Position numbers and translations under genes: made by a program. Below the pieces are notes generated by a model, which worked only from the letters and a program-made list of their open reading frames with translations, searched no databases and was not told the origin of the DNA. From Squalus acanthias (lineage: Eukaryota), in assembly GCA_030390025.1 (NCBI GenBank), contig JASTWF010000035.1:3906001-3970000 (forward strand): a DNA stretch of 64,000 nt. Direction: 5' to 3'. Positions 24,177 through 37,447 of the stretch are shown here, one piece after another (the first letter of the stretch is position 1; each line of letters begins with the position of its first letter).

Positions 24177-27100
24177 GCTCATCTATCCCCCTTTGACTAT
24201 GCAGTCAGAAACAAATGTTAGAAGGGTGAGAAACAATAGGGGAAGGCCGAGTAAACAAAGGCAAGAAACACAAAGGGCCATACTAAATCATAAGTCTAAA
24301 AGGACAAAGTATGTTAATAAAATAAGCCTAAAGGCTCTGTGTCTTAATGCAAGGAGTATCCGTAATAAGGTGGATGAATTGACTGTGCAAATAGATGTTA
24401 ACGGATACGATGTGATTGGGATTACAGAGACGTGGCTCCAGAACAATCAAGGCTGGGAACTGAACATCCAGGGGTATTCAACATTCAGAAAGGATAGAAT
24501 AAAAGGAAAAGGGGGTGGGGTAGCATTGCTGGTTAAAGAGGAGATTAATGCAATAGCTAGGAAGGACATCAGCTTGGAGGATGTGGAATCAATATGGGTT
24601 GAGCTGCAGAACACCAAAGGGCAGAAAACATTAGTGGGAGTTGTGTACAGACCTCCAAACAGCAGTAGTGAGGTGGGGGAGGGTATGAAACAGGAAATCA
24701 GAGGTGCGTGCAAAAAAGGCAGGGCAGTTATCATGGGTGACTTTAATATGCATATAGATTGGGCTACTCAAACTGGAAGCAATACGGTGGAGGAGGATTT
24801 CCTGGAGTGTTTAAGGGATGGTTTCCTAAACCAATATGTTGAGGAACCAACTCGAGGGGAGGCCATCCTGGACTGGGTGTTGTGTAATGAGGAGGGACTA
24901 ATCAGCAATCTTGTGGTACGAGGCCCCCTGGGGAAGAGTGACCATAGTATGGTGGAGTTCTACATTAGGATGGAGAAGGAAACAGTTAAGTCAGAGACCA
25001 TGGTCCAGAACTTAAATAAGGGCAACTTTGAGGGTATGAGGCGTGAATTGGCGAGGTTAAATTGGCAAGCGATATTTAAGGGGCTATCAGTGGAAGGGCA
25101 ATGGCAGACATTTAGAGATCGCATGGATGAACTACAACAATTGTACATCCCAGTCTGGCGTAAAAATAAAAAAGGGAAGGTGGCTCAACCATGGCTAACA
25201 AGGGAAATCAGGGATAGTATTAAAAGCAAGGAAGTTGCATACAAATTGGCCAGAAGTAGCAGCAAACCCGGGGACTGGGAGAACTTCAAAACTCAGCAGA
25301 GGAGGACGAAGGGTTTGATTAGGGCAGGGAAAATAAAATATGAAAGGAAGCTTGCAGAGAACATTAAAATGGACTGCAAAAGCTTCTATAAATATGTAAA
25401 AAGAAAGAGGTTAGTAAAAACAAACGTAGGTCCCCTGCAGTCGGAAACAGGGGAAGTCGTAATGGGGAACAAGGAAATGGCAGATCAATTGAACAAGTAC
25501 TTTGGTTCGGTGTTTACTGTGGAGGACACACACAACCTGCCGGAAATAAAAGGGGTCAGAGGATCTGGTAAGAGGGAGGAGCTGAGGGAAATCCTTATTA
25601 GTCAGGAAAAGGTATTGGGGAAATTGATGGGACTGAAGGCTGAAAAATCCCCGGGGCCTGATGGTCTGCATCCCAGAGTACTTAAGGAGGTGGCCTTGGA
25701 AATAGTGGATGCATTGACGATCATTTTCCAACATTCCTTAGACTCTGGATCAGTTCCGATGGAGTGGAGGGTGGCCAATGTAACCCTTCTTTTTAAAAAA
25801 GGAGGGAGGGAGAAAGCAGGGAATTATAGACCGGTCAGCCTGACATCGGTCGTGGGTAAAATGATGGAAGCAATTATTAAAGATGTCATAACAGACCATT
25901 TGGAAAGTGGCGACATGATAGGTCCAAGTCAGCATGGATTTGTGAAAGGGAAATCATGCTTGACAAATCTTCTGGAATTTTTTGAGGATGTTTCCAATAG
26001 GGTGGACAGGGGGGAACCAGTAGATGTGGTGTATTTGGACTTTCAGAAGGCCTTCGACAAGGTCCCACACAAGAGATTGGTGAGCAAAGTTAAAGCACAT
26101 GGGATTGGGGGTAATGTGTTGACGTGGATTGAGAACTGGTTGGCACACAGGAAACAAAGAGTAGGAGTAAATGGGTACTTTTCAGAATGGCAGGCAGTGA
26201 CCAGCGGGGTACCGCAGGGTTCGGTGCTGGGACCCCAGCTGTTTACATTATATATTAATGATTTGGACGAAGGGATTAAATGTAATATAAGAACATAAGA
26301 AATAGGAGCAGGAGTAGGCCAATCGGCCCCTCGAGCCTGCTCCGCCATTCAATAAGATCATGGCTGATCTGATCCTAACCGCCAATCTACTATCTATCAC
26401 AGAACCATCTCCTGCATCTAACAGAATTGCACACACGAAATAGGAGCAGAATCAGGCTACACAGTCCCTGGGCCCGCTCCACTACCCACAGGGCCATGAC
26501 CGATCCGAACCTAGACTCATGTCCAAATTCCTGCCCGCTCCCCGTAACCCTTAATGCCCTTTACTTCTAGGAAACTGTCTATTTCTGTTTTAAATTTAAT
26601 TAATGTTGTAGCTTCTACAGCTTTTTGTGGCAGCATATTCCATGGACCTACCACCCTCTGAGTGAAGTAGTTCTTCCTCATCTCAGTTTTGAAAGAGCAG
26701 CCCCTTATTCTAAGACTATGTCCCCTAGTTCTCGTCTCACCCGTCATCGGGAACATCCTCCCCGCATCCACCCGATCCAACCCCTTCACAATCTTATATG
26801 TTTCAATAAGATCGCCTCTCATTCTTCTGAACTCCAATGAGTAGAGTCCCAATCTACCCAACCTCTCCACATATGACCACCCCCTCATCCCCGGGATTAA
26901 CCGAGTGAACCTTTTTTGCACTGCCTCGAGAGCAAGGATGTCTTTCCTTAAGTAAGGACACCAAAACTGTATGCAGTATTCCAGGTGCGGTCTCACCAAT
27001 ACCTTGTACAACTGAAGCAATACCTCCCTATTTTTATATTCTATCCCCCTAGCAATGAAAGCCAACATTCCATTTGCCTTCTTAATCACTTGCTGCACCT

Positions 27101-30100
27101 GCATACTAACCTTTTGAGTTTCGTGCACCAGGACCCCCAGATCCCTTTGCACTTCAGTACTCTCCAGTTTCTTGCCATTAAGATAATAAATTGCTCTAGG
27201 ATTTTTCCTGCCAAAGTGCATCACCTCACACTTTCCAGTGTTGTATTCCATCTGCCAAATCTCTGCCCACTTACTTAGCCTGTCTATGTCCCCTTGCAGG
27301 TTTTTTATGTCCTCCTCACTCACTACTTTCCCTCCCATCTTTGTATCATCTGCAAATTTTGATATGTTACACTTGGTCCCTTCCTCCAAATCGTTAATAT
27401 AGATTGTGAAGAGTTGGGGACCCAGAACTGACCCCTGTGGAACACCACTAGTTACTGATTGCCAGTCTGAGAATGAACCATTTATCCCAACTCTTTGCTT
27501 TCTGTTAGATAGCCAATCCTCTATCCATGCCAGAATATTACCCCCAATCCCGTGATTTTTTACCTTAAGCAATAATCTTTTGTGTGGCACCTTGTCAAAT
27601 GCCTTTTGGAAGTCTAAATACACTACGTCCACTGGTTCCCCTTTATCCACTCTATATGTTACTTCCTCAAAGAACTCCAGCAAATTTGTCAAACATGACT
27701 TCCCCTTCGTAAAACCATGCTGACTTTGTCCTATTAAATTATGATTATCCAAATGTCCTGTTACTGTTTCCTTAATAATGGACTCCAAAATTTTACCTAC
27801 CACAGATGTTAGGCTAACCGGTCTATAGTTACCAGCCTTCTGTCTACTGCCCTTTTTAAATAAGGGTGTTACATTAGCAGTTTTCCAGTCTGCCGGGACC
27901 TTAGCGGAATCCAGGGAGTTTTGAAAAATTATTACCAATGCATCTACAATCCCTACCGCCACTTCCTTCAAGACTCTAGGATGTAAGCCATCAGGTCCAG
28001 GTGATTTATCCGCCTTGAGTCCCATTATTTTACCGAGTACCACTTCCTTAGTGATTTTGATCGTGTTTAGCTCCTCTCCCCCTATAGCCCCCTGTTTGTC
28101 CAGTGTTGGGATATTCTTAGTGTCCTCTACTGTAAAGACTGATACAAAATATTCAGTGTTTTTGCCATCTCCATATTTCCCACCATTAATTTCCCGGTCT
28201 CATCCTCTAAGGGACCAACATTTACTTTAGCCACCCTTTTTCTTTTTATATAACTATAAAAACTCTTACTATCTGTTTTTATATTTTTTGCTAATTTACT
28301 TTCATAATCTATCTTCCCTTTCTTAATCAATCTTTTTGTTATTTTTTGCTGCCTTTTAAAGTTTTCCCAATCCTCTGTCCTCCCACTAGATTTCGCTACC
28401 TTATATGCTCTTGTTTTTAGTCGAATACTATCCTTAATTTCTTTACTTAGCCACGGATGACTGTCCTTTCTTTTACACCCTTTTCTTTTCAGTGGAATAT
28501 ATTTTTTTTGGAAGTTGTAAAATAACTCCTTGAATGTACACCACTGATCATGTGTCGTCTTACCCTTTAATCTATTTTCCCAATCCACTCTACTCAATTC
28601 CGCTCGCATACCTTCATAGTCTCCTTTATTCAAGCTTAGCACGCTTGTTTGAGATCCAACCTTCTCACCCTCTAATTGAATATGGAATTCAACCATGTTA
28701 TGGTCACTCATTCCAAGGGGATCCTTTACTAGGACATTTTTAATTAATCCTGTCTCGTTACACAGGACCAGATCTAAGGTTGCTTGCCCCCTGGTCGGTT
28801 CAGTTACATACTGCTCAAGAAACCCATCCCTAATACACTCAATGAACTCATCCTCAAGGCAGCCCTGCCCCATTTGATTTGTCCAATTAATATGATAGTT
28901 AAAATCTCCCATAATTATAGATGTTCCCTTATTACATGCCTCAACTATTTCCTGATTGATACTCCGTCCAATAGAGTTGCAACTGTTCGGAGGCCTATAG
29001 GCTACGCCCACTAATGTTTTTTTCCCCTTATTATTCCTTATCTCCACCCAAACTGTTTCATTATCATGATTTTTTGACCCAATATCATTACTCTGTATTA
29101 CAGTGATTCCTTCCTTTATTAACATAGCCACCCCACCTCCCCTTCCTTCCTGCCTGTCCTTCCTGATCGTTAAATAACCTGGTATGTTTAATTCCCAGGC
29201 ATTGTCACCCTGCAGCCATGTTTCTGTAATGGCCACAATATCATAACCATATGTAGTTATTTGTGCCATTAACTCGTCTATTTTGTTACGAATGCTACGT
29301 GCATTCAGATAGAGAACTTTCAAATATGCTTTGTGGCACTTAGTTCCTGCTTTTTCACTTTTTACCAGTTTACCTTTTACTCCACACACTCTGTCCCTTC
29401 CTGCCACGCTCTGATTTGTGATTCCCCTACTGCTACCTATGTCTATGACCCTCTCTGTTGTCATTTTTATTTTTTGCTCTCTTGAAACCTCCCCCCCACT
29501 AATTAGTTTAAAGCCCTCTCCACAGCCCTAGTTATTCGATTCGCCAGGACACTAGTCCCAGCACTGGCCAAGTGAAGTCCGTCCCAACGGAACAGCTCTC
29601 TCCTGCCCCAGTACTGGTGCCAGTGTCCCAAGAAGCAAAACCCATTTTTCCCACACCAGTCTTTGAGCCACGCATTCAACTCCCTGATTTTATTTACCCT
29701 AGCCAAATTTGCTCGTGGCTCAGGTAGTAATCCAGAGATTATTACCCTCGAGGTTCTGCTTTTTAATTTGGCCCCTAGCTGCTCAAACTCCCTCAGCAGA
29801 ACCTCTTTCCTTGTCCTATCTATGTCATTGGTACCAACATGGACCACGACAACTGGATCCTCCCCCTCCCACTCCAAGTTTCTCTCCAGCCCAGAGGAGA
29901 TGTCCTTAACCCTGGCACCGGGCAGGCAACACAGCCTTCGGGACTCTCGCTCTTGGCTGCAAAGAACCCTATCTATCCCCCTAATGATACTATCCCCTAC
30001 CACTACAACATTTCTTTTTACTCCCCCCACTTGAATGGCCCCCCTTACCACGGTGCTGTGGCCAGGTTGCTCATCCTCCCTGCAGTCCCCGCTCCTATCC

Positions 30101-31108
30101 ACACAGGGAGTAAGAGCCTCGAACCCGTTGGACAAGAGCAAGGGCTGCGGCTCCTCCAAATATCTCCAAATTTGCGGATGACACTAAATTGGGAGGCAGT
30201 GTGAACAATGAGGAGGATGCTAGGAGGCTACAGAGTGACTTGGACAGGTTGGGTGAATGGGCAAATGTATGGCAGATGAAGTACAATGTGGATAAATGTG
30301 AGGTTATCCACTTTGGTGGTAAAAATAGAGAGGCGGACTATTACCTGAATGGTGGCAGATTAGGGAAAGGGGAGGTGCAACGAGACCTGGGCGTCATGGT
30401 ACATCAGTCACTGAAGGTGGGAATGCAAGTGCAGCAGGCAGTCAAGAAAGCAAACGGAATGATGGCCTTCATAGTAAGGGGATTTGAGTACAGGAGTAGG
30501 GAGGTGATGCTGCAGTTGTACAGGGCCTTGGTGAGGCCACACCTGGAGTATTGTGCGCAGTTTTGGTCTCCTAACTTAAGGAAGGACATTCTTGCTATTG
30601 AGGGAGTGCAGCGAAGGTTCACTAGATTGATTCCTGGGATGGCCGGACTGATATATCAAGAAAGATTGGGTCAACTGAACTTGTATCCTCTGGAGTTCAG
30701 AAGAATGAGGGGGGATCTTATAGAGACATTTAAAATCCTGACTGGTTTAGACAAATTAGATGCGGGCAGAATGTTCCCAATGTTAGGGAAAACTAGAACC
30801 AGGGGTCACAGTCTAAGGATTAAGGGGAAGCCATTTAAGACTGAGCTGAGGAGGAACTTCTTCACCCAGAGAGTGGTGAATCTATGGAATTCTCTTCCAC
30901 AGAAGGTTGTTGAGGCCAGTTCGCTAAATATATTCAAAAGGGAGTTAGATATAACACTCACAACTAGGGGGATCAAGGGGTATGGCGAGAAAGCAGGAAT
31001 GGGGTACTGAGGTAGCATGTTCAGCCATGAACGCATTGAATGGCGGTGCAGGCTCGAAGGACTGAATGGTCTACTCCTGCACCTATTTTCTATGTTTCTA
31101 TGTTTCTA
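24177..31108 (+). mobile_element. CR1 with complete ORF2, split by a younger CR1 (pieces 24177-26288 and 30164-31108)
   Basis: 708-aa ORF ends at IKCNI and resumes in frame with SKFADD at 30164; AATAT duplicated at 26284-26288 / 30159-30163. Confidence 0.93.
26289..30158 (-). mobile_element. CR1 with ORF1 esterase half (29503-30158) and ORF2 (29464-26517, one frameshift near 28150)
   Basis: VGDSIIRG and HVGTND esterase motifs; ORFs of 445 and 508 aa separated by an apparent 4-bp deletion; (TTCTTATG)n tail. Confidence 0.94.
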
Positions 31109-31282
31109 TGTTTTCTCTGCCTTCCAAACTTGCTTACTATTTTCTGCCTTCTATTTCCAGCTTTGCTTCTTTTCCTTCTGAATCCACTCTCAGGTTCCCA
31201 TTCCCCTGCCAAGCTAGTTTAAACCCTCCTCAACAGCACCAGCAATCCCCCCCACGAGAATATTGGTGCTCTCGCCACCTGC

Positions 31283-32056
31283 CATCCATCCCTCCCTCCC
31301 TCCCTCCCTCCCTCCCTCCCTCCCTCCATGCCTCTCCCTCCCTCCCCCCACCCGTCCCTCCCTCCCCCCGTTCATCCCTCCCTCCCCCCACCCGTCCCTC
31401 CCTCCCCCCGCCCGTCCCTCCCTCCCCCCGCCCGTCTCTCCCTCCCCCCATTCGTCCCTCCCTCCCCCCACCCGTCCCTCCCTCCCCCCGCCCGTCCCTC
31501 CCTCCCCCCGCCCGTCTCTCCCTCCCCCGTTCGTCCCTCCCTCCCCCCACCCATCCCTCCCTCCCCCCGTTCGTCCCTCCCTCCCCCCATTCGTCCCTCC
31601 CTCCCCCCGCCCGTCCCTCCCTCCCCCCGCCCGTCCCTCCCTCCCCCCGTTCGTCCCTCCCTCCCCCCGTTCGTCCCTCCCTCCCCCCCGTTCGTCCCTC
31701 CCTCCCCCCGTTCGTCCCTCCCTCCCCCCGTTCGTCCCTCCCTCCCCCGCCCGTCCCTCCCTCCCCCCGTTCGTCCCTCCCTCCCCCCGCCCGTCCCTCC
31801 CTCCCCCCGCCCGTCCCTCCCTCCCCCCGCCCGTCCCTCCCTCCCCCCGCCCGTCCCTCCCTCCCCCCGTCCGTCCCTCCCTCCCCCCGTCCGTCCCTCC
31901 CTCCCCCCGTCCGTCCCTCCCTCCCCCCGTCCGTCCCTCCCTCCCCCCGTTCGTCCCTCCCTCCCCCCATCCGTCCCTCCCCCCACCCATTCGTCCCTCT
32001 CTCAACCCGTCTGTCCCTCCCTCCCCCCGCCGGTCCCTCCCTCCGTCCGTCCCTCT
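31283..32056. repeat. 20-bp C-rich minisatellite preceded by (CCCT)n
   Basis: Unit (C/T)(C/T)CGTCCCTCCCTCCCCCCG, about 35 copies; near-pure pyrimidine strand. Confidence 0.95.
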
Positions 32057-33510
32057 CCTGCTCCCTCTATCTTCAGACACAAAAAGGCTTTGTAGAAAAA
32101 GGCGCAAAGACTCAAAATGTTTTAAATATTATGAATATATTGATCATTTGTTAATAATCAGAGACTTGGCGTTTTCTGTAGGTTTGTGTGATTATAGCTG
32201 CACCAGCCGATTATAGCCGGGGCCCAGGGAAGGTGCAGCACGGGCCAACAGCAAGGTCGGGAGGATCACACTGCAGCCTATGAAACCCAGGCAGAGAGGA
32301 GAGGACCTGTGGGAAGGAGGGAGGAGGACAGTAGCAGTATGTTTGTGTGTGTGTGCTAGGCCGTTGTAGCAGAGCCTGGTCTCCAATCGTCTTGGATCCC
32401 CTTGCCATTGGACCAAGGCCTTGCTCTGTCAAGCCCATGTGGTAGCTGGTGTGCAACGGACACCCCACGATAAAAGAATTCACGCACAGGCATCTTCCAC
32501 CCTTTAAATTGAAGTTCGGGACCTGGAACGTCAGGACCATCATGGACAGCCCCAACAGCGACAGATCAGAACGCCGTGCTGCTATCGTTGCCCGGGAGCT
32601 CAGACGTTTCGACATAGACATCGCCGCCCTAAGCGAGACCCGGCGGGCAGGGGAAGGCCAGCTCAGGGAGCAAGGCGGTGGCTACACCTTCTTCTGGAAA
32701 GGCAAACCTGAAGAAGAACACCGCCTCCATGGGGTAGGCTTTGCCAAAAAAAATGAGCTAGTTGAACATCTCAGAGACTGTCCTAGTGATATAAACGAGC
32801 GCCTCATGAGTCTACGGCTCACCCTAACCCGGAACCAGTGCACTACGGTCATCAGTGCGTAAGCCCCAACACTGGAAGCCACAGACGAGACCAAAGAGGA
32901 ATTCTACTCCAGCCTCGAACGATCCCTGTCCCAAGTCCCAATGGGTGAGAAGTTGATCCTCCTTGGTGACTTTAACGCCAGAGTTGGAAAGGACACAGAC
33001 CTCTGGGGAGGTGTGATCGGCAGAGAGGAGGTAGGGAAAGCCAACTCCAACGGTACCCTCCTCCTGTCGAAATGCTTAGAACATGGCCTTGTCACAACCA
33101 ACACCTTGTTCCGTCAGAGAGACAAGTACAAGGCTTCATGGCAGCACCCTCGCTCCAAGCACTGGCATCTGCTGGACTACGTCATCGTCCGAGCGAGGGA
33201 CCGCAAGGACGTCCGCATCACCCACGCCATGACAGGAGTTGACGACTGCTGGACAGACCACCACCTAATCCGTACTGTCATCTCCATCAATGTAGCCCCA
33301 AAACAGCAGCGGCAACAGAAACAATGCCGATGGAAAATCAACACTGGAGCTCTCAAAGACCCTGCTAAGAAAGCCCTATTCAGCCTGCGCCTCACAACCA
33401 ACCTGACGACTCCCAGTGATTCAGAGACACAGAGGGCTCGATTTTGCCAGTCCCGAGGAGGCAGGATTGGAGGCGTGTGAGTTGGTAAAATCGCAAAAAA
33501 TGGCGGGCGG

Positions 33511-35807
33511 CAAAAACAGAAAGACAGATTATTATCTGAATGGCAATAGATTGGGAAAAGGGGAAGTGCAACGACACCTGGGTGTCCTTGTGCACCAGTC
33601 GCTGAAGGTAAGCATGCAGGTGCAGCAGGTGGTTAAATTCTAAAGACTCTGGAACAGTTCCCATGGATTGGAGGGCAGCTAATGTTACCCCACTGTTCAA
33701 AAAAGGTGGTAAAGAAAAAACAGGGAATTATAGACCGGTAAGCCTGACATCAGTTGTGGGGAAAATGCTAGAGTCCATTATAAAAGATGTAATAGCAGAG
33801 CACTTGGAAAACAGTGACAGGATTGGACAAAGTCAACATGGATTTACAAAATGTAAATTGTGCTTGACTAATCTACTGGAATTTTTTGAGGATGTAACTG
33901 ATAGAATAGATAAGGGAGAACCAGTGGATGTGATGTATTTGGACTTTCAGAAGGCTTTCGATAAGGTCCCGCATAAGAGATTAGCGTGTAAAGTTAAGGC
34001 ACATGGGATTGGGGGTAAGGTACTGACTTGGATAGAGAACTGGTTGGCAGACAGGAAGCAAAGAGTTGGAATAAACGGGTCTTTTTCCGAGTGGCAGGCA
34101 GTGACTAGTGGGGTTCCGCAGGGATCAGTCCTAGGACCCCAGCTATTCACTATATATATTAATGATCTAGACAAGGGAACTAGATGTAATATCTCCAAGT
34201 TTGCAGATGACACAAAGCTGGGTGGGCGTGTGTGCTGCGAGGAGGATGCCGAGAAACTCCAGCATGATTTGGACAGGTTGGGTGATTGGGCAGAAGCATG
34301 GCAGATGCAGTATAATGTGGATAAATGCGAGGTTATCCACTTTGGTGGCAAAAACAGAAAGGCAGCTTATTATCTGAACGGCAATAGATTGGGAAAAGGG
34401 GAAGTGCAACGAGATCTGGGTGTCCTTGTGCACCAGTCGCTGAAGGTAAGCATGCAGGTACAGCAGGCGGTTAAGAAGGCAAATGTTATGTTGGCCTTCA
34501 TAGCGAGAGGATTTGAGTACAGGAACAAGGATGTCTTGCTGCAGTTGTACAGGGCCTTGGTGAGACCACACCTTGAGTATTGTGTGCAGTTTTGGTCGCC
34601 TTATCTGAGGAAGCATGTTCTTGCCATGGAGGGAGTGCAGCGAAGATTCACCAGACTGATACCTGGGATGGCAGGAATGACGTATGCGGAGAGATTGGGT
34701 CGATTGGGCTTATACTCGCTGGAGTTTCGAAGAATGAGAGGAGATCTCATTGAAACTTATAAAATTTAAAAAAAACAGGGCTAGACAGACTGGATGCAGG
34801 AAGGATGTTCCCGATGGCGGGGAGTCCAGAACCAGGGGTCACAGTCTAAAGATAAGGGGTAAGCCATTTAGGACAGAGATGAGGAGGAATTTCTTCACCC
34901 AGAGAGTGGTGAACCTGTGGAATTCTTTACCACAGAAGGCAGTTGAGGCCAAGTCAGTAAATATATTCAAGAAGGAGTTAGATATATTTCTTAAGGCTAA
35001 AGGTATCAAGGGATATGGAGAGAAGGCAGGGACAGGGTACTGAGTTTGGATGATCAGCCATGATCTCACCGAATGGCGGAGCAGGCTTGAGGGGCCGAAT
35101 GGCCTACTCCTGCTCCTATCTTCTATGTTTCTATGTTTCTATTTTTCTATGTTAAGAAGGCAAATGGTATGTTGGCCTTCATAGCGAGAGGATTCGAGTA
35201 CAGGAGCAAGGATGTCTTGCTGCAGTTGTACAGGGCCTTGGTGAGACCACACCTTGAGTATTGTGTGCAGTTTTGGTCGCCTTATTTGAGGAAGGATGTT
35301 CTTGCCATGGAGGGAGTGCAGCGAAGATTCACCAGGCTGATACCTGGGATGGTAGGAATGACGTCTGAAGAGAGATTGGGTCGATTAGGCTTATATTCGC
35401 TGGAGTTTAGAAGAATGAGAGGTGATCTCATTGAAACTTATAAAATTCTAACAGGACTAGACAGACTAGATGCAGGAAGGATGTTCCCGATGGCGGGGGA
35501 GTCCAGAACCAGGGGTCACAGTCTAAGGATAAGGGGTAACCCATTTAGGACTGAGATGAGGAGGAATTTCTTCACCCAGAGAGTGGTGAACCTGTGGAAT
35601 TCTCTACCACAGAAGGCAGTTGAGGCCAAGTCAGTAAATATATTCAAGAAGGAGTTAGATATATTTCTTAAGGCTAAAGGGATCAAGGGCTATGGGGAGA
35701 AAGCAGGGACAGGGTACTGAGTTTGGATGATCAGCCATGATCTCATTAAATGGCGGAACAGGCTCGAGGGGCCGAATGTCCTACTCCTGCTCCTATCTTC
35801 TATGTTT
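33511..35807 (+). mobile_element. CR1 family Y 3' fragment interrupted by a second family Y copy (33637-35150)
   Basis: Outer copy breaks at QQVVK and resumes at KKANG; GTTAA duplicated at 33632-33636 / 35151-35155; two tails. Confidence 0.9.
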
Positions 35808-36924
35808 CATTGAGTATTCTAGCCTTGCCCTGCGCCTCTAAGCATATATCACCTTCTTTGTCTCTAATAGGCCCCACCCCGTCTCTTACTACCCGCTTAC
35901 TGTTTACATGCGGGTAGAAGATTTTTGGGTTCCCTTTTATGTTAACCGCCATTCTACTCTCATATTCTCTCGTTGCCAATCTTTTTTTCATCTTCACATC
36001 CCCTCTCAACTTATTGTATTTGGTCTGGTTCTCCCTTGAAGAATTCACCTGACATGCATCATACACCCTCATTTTTTGTTTCATCATCTTCTCTATCTCC
36101 CTCGTCATCCAAGGAACCCTTGCTTTGGTTCCCTTACCCTTCCCTCTTGTTGGAATGTACCTAGCCTGTACTTGGAACAGCTCCTCCTTAAAGATCACCC
36201 ATTGTTCTATTACAGTTTTTCCTGTCAGTCTTTGGTTCCATTTTACCCTGGCTAGATCCTTTCACATCCCATTGAAGTTAGCCCTATTCCAGTTTAGAAA
36301 TTCCACTCTAGATTGTTCCTTGCTCCTCTCCATTGCTAATCTAAATCTTATGATATGATGATCACTCATACCCAAGTGTTCTCCCACAGACACTTGGTTG
36401 ACCTGGCCCACCTCATTCCCCAGCACCAGATCCAGCAATCTCTCATTCCTAGTTGGGCCAAGAACATATTGGTCAAGGAAATTCTCCTGAACACATTAAG
36501 CAGAGTCAACATGGTTATATGAAAGTGAAATCGTGTTTGACAAATTTGCTAGAGTTCTTTGAGGATGTAACAAACAGGGTGGATAAAGGGGAACCAGTGG
36601 ATGTGGTGTATTTTGATTTCCAGAAGGCATTCGATAAGGTGCCACATAAAAGGTTACTGCACAAGATAAGAGCGCACGGGGTTGGGGGTAATATTTTGAC
36701 ATGGATAGGGATTGGCTGACTAACAGAAAACAGAAAGTCGGGATAAACGGGTCATTTTCCGGTTGGCAACCAGTAACTAGTGGGGTGCCACAGGGATCAG
36801 TGCTGGGGCCTCAACTATTTACAATCTATATTAATGACTTGGATGAAGGGACCGAGTGTAATGTAGCCAAATTTGCTGATGATACAAAGATAGGTGGGAA
36901 AGCAAATTGTGAGGAGGACACAAA
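35808..36924. mobile_element. Older CR1 ORF2 fragments (minus to about 36495, then plus)
   Basis: PWMTREI...NPKIFY on minus; [21 protein letters not shown] and FADD on plus, ending abruptly at the second Harbinger left TIR. Confidence 0.82.
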
Positions 36925-37447
36925 GGGCTGGATTTTGCCAGGCCTGAGGAGGCGGGTTTGGAGGCATGTGAGGTGTTAAAATCGCAAAAAAAATGGCGGG
37001 CGGATCCGATCCCACCTCCAGCCCACCTCCGAGCAATTTTCCCAAAATCGGGGTTTCAGACCTCGTTTCCATCCCGCCTCCAAGAGGCAGGATAGGCCCT
37101 TAAGGCCCTTAAGAACCAGTTAAGGGCCTCTATAATCCCATTTTGAGAGGCATTTGTGAGTTTAACACATTTCCCCCATGCTGCACTTCTCCTCTGGACA
37201 CGCCAGTTAATCCTGGCAGCCTCACAAGTGGATTGCTTACTAACAGCTGCAGCTCCATCATTAAAAAGGAGTTTTCACCAATCATCATTTGCAGGTGGCA
37301 GAACTTTGTTGTCTCAGATCTGGGAGAACTTTTAGCAAGCCTACTCATTGTTCTGGAAGTTTGGAGCCTGAGACCCATCTCCAGTGTGACCTCCTGGGAA
37401 ACCCCTCTTGAATGAGCGCTTCCTCAACTGAGGTATATACCAGAAGA

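Noticed and set aside
31066..32216. Long Pro-rich and Gly/Arg-rich ORFs on both strands
   Set aside because: Translations of a stop-free 20-bp repeat that is open in nearly all frames.
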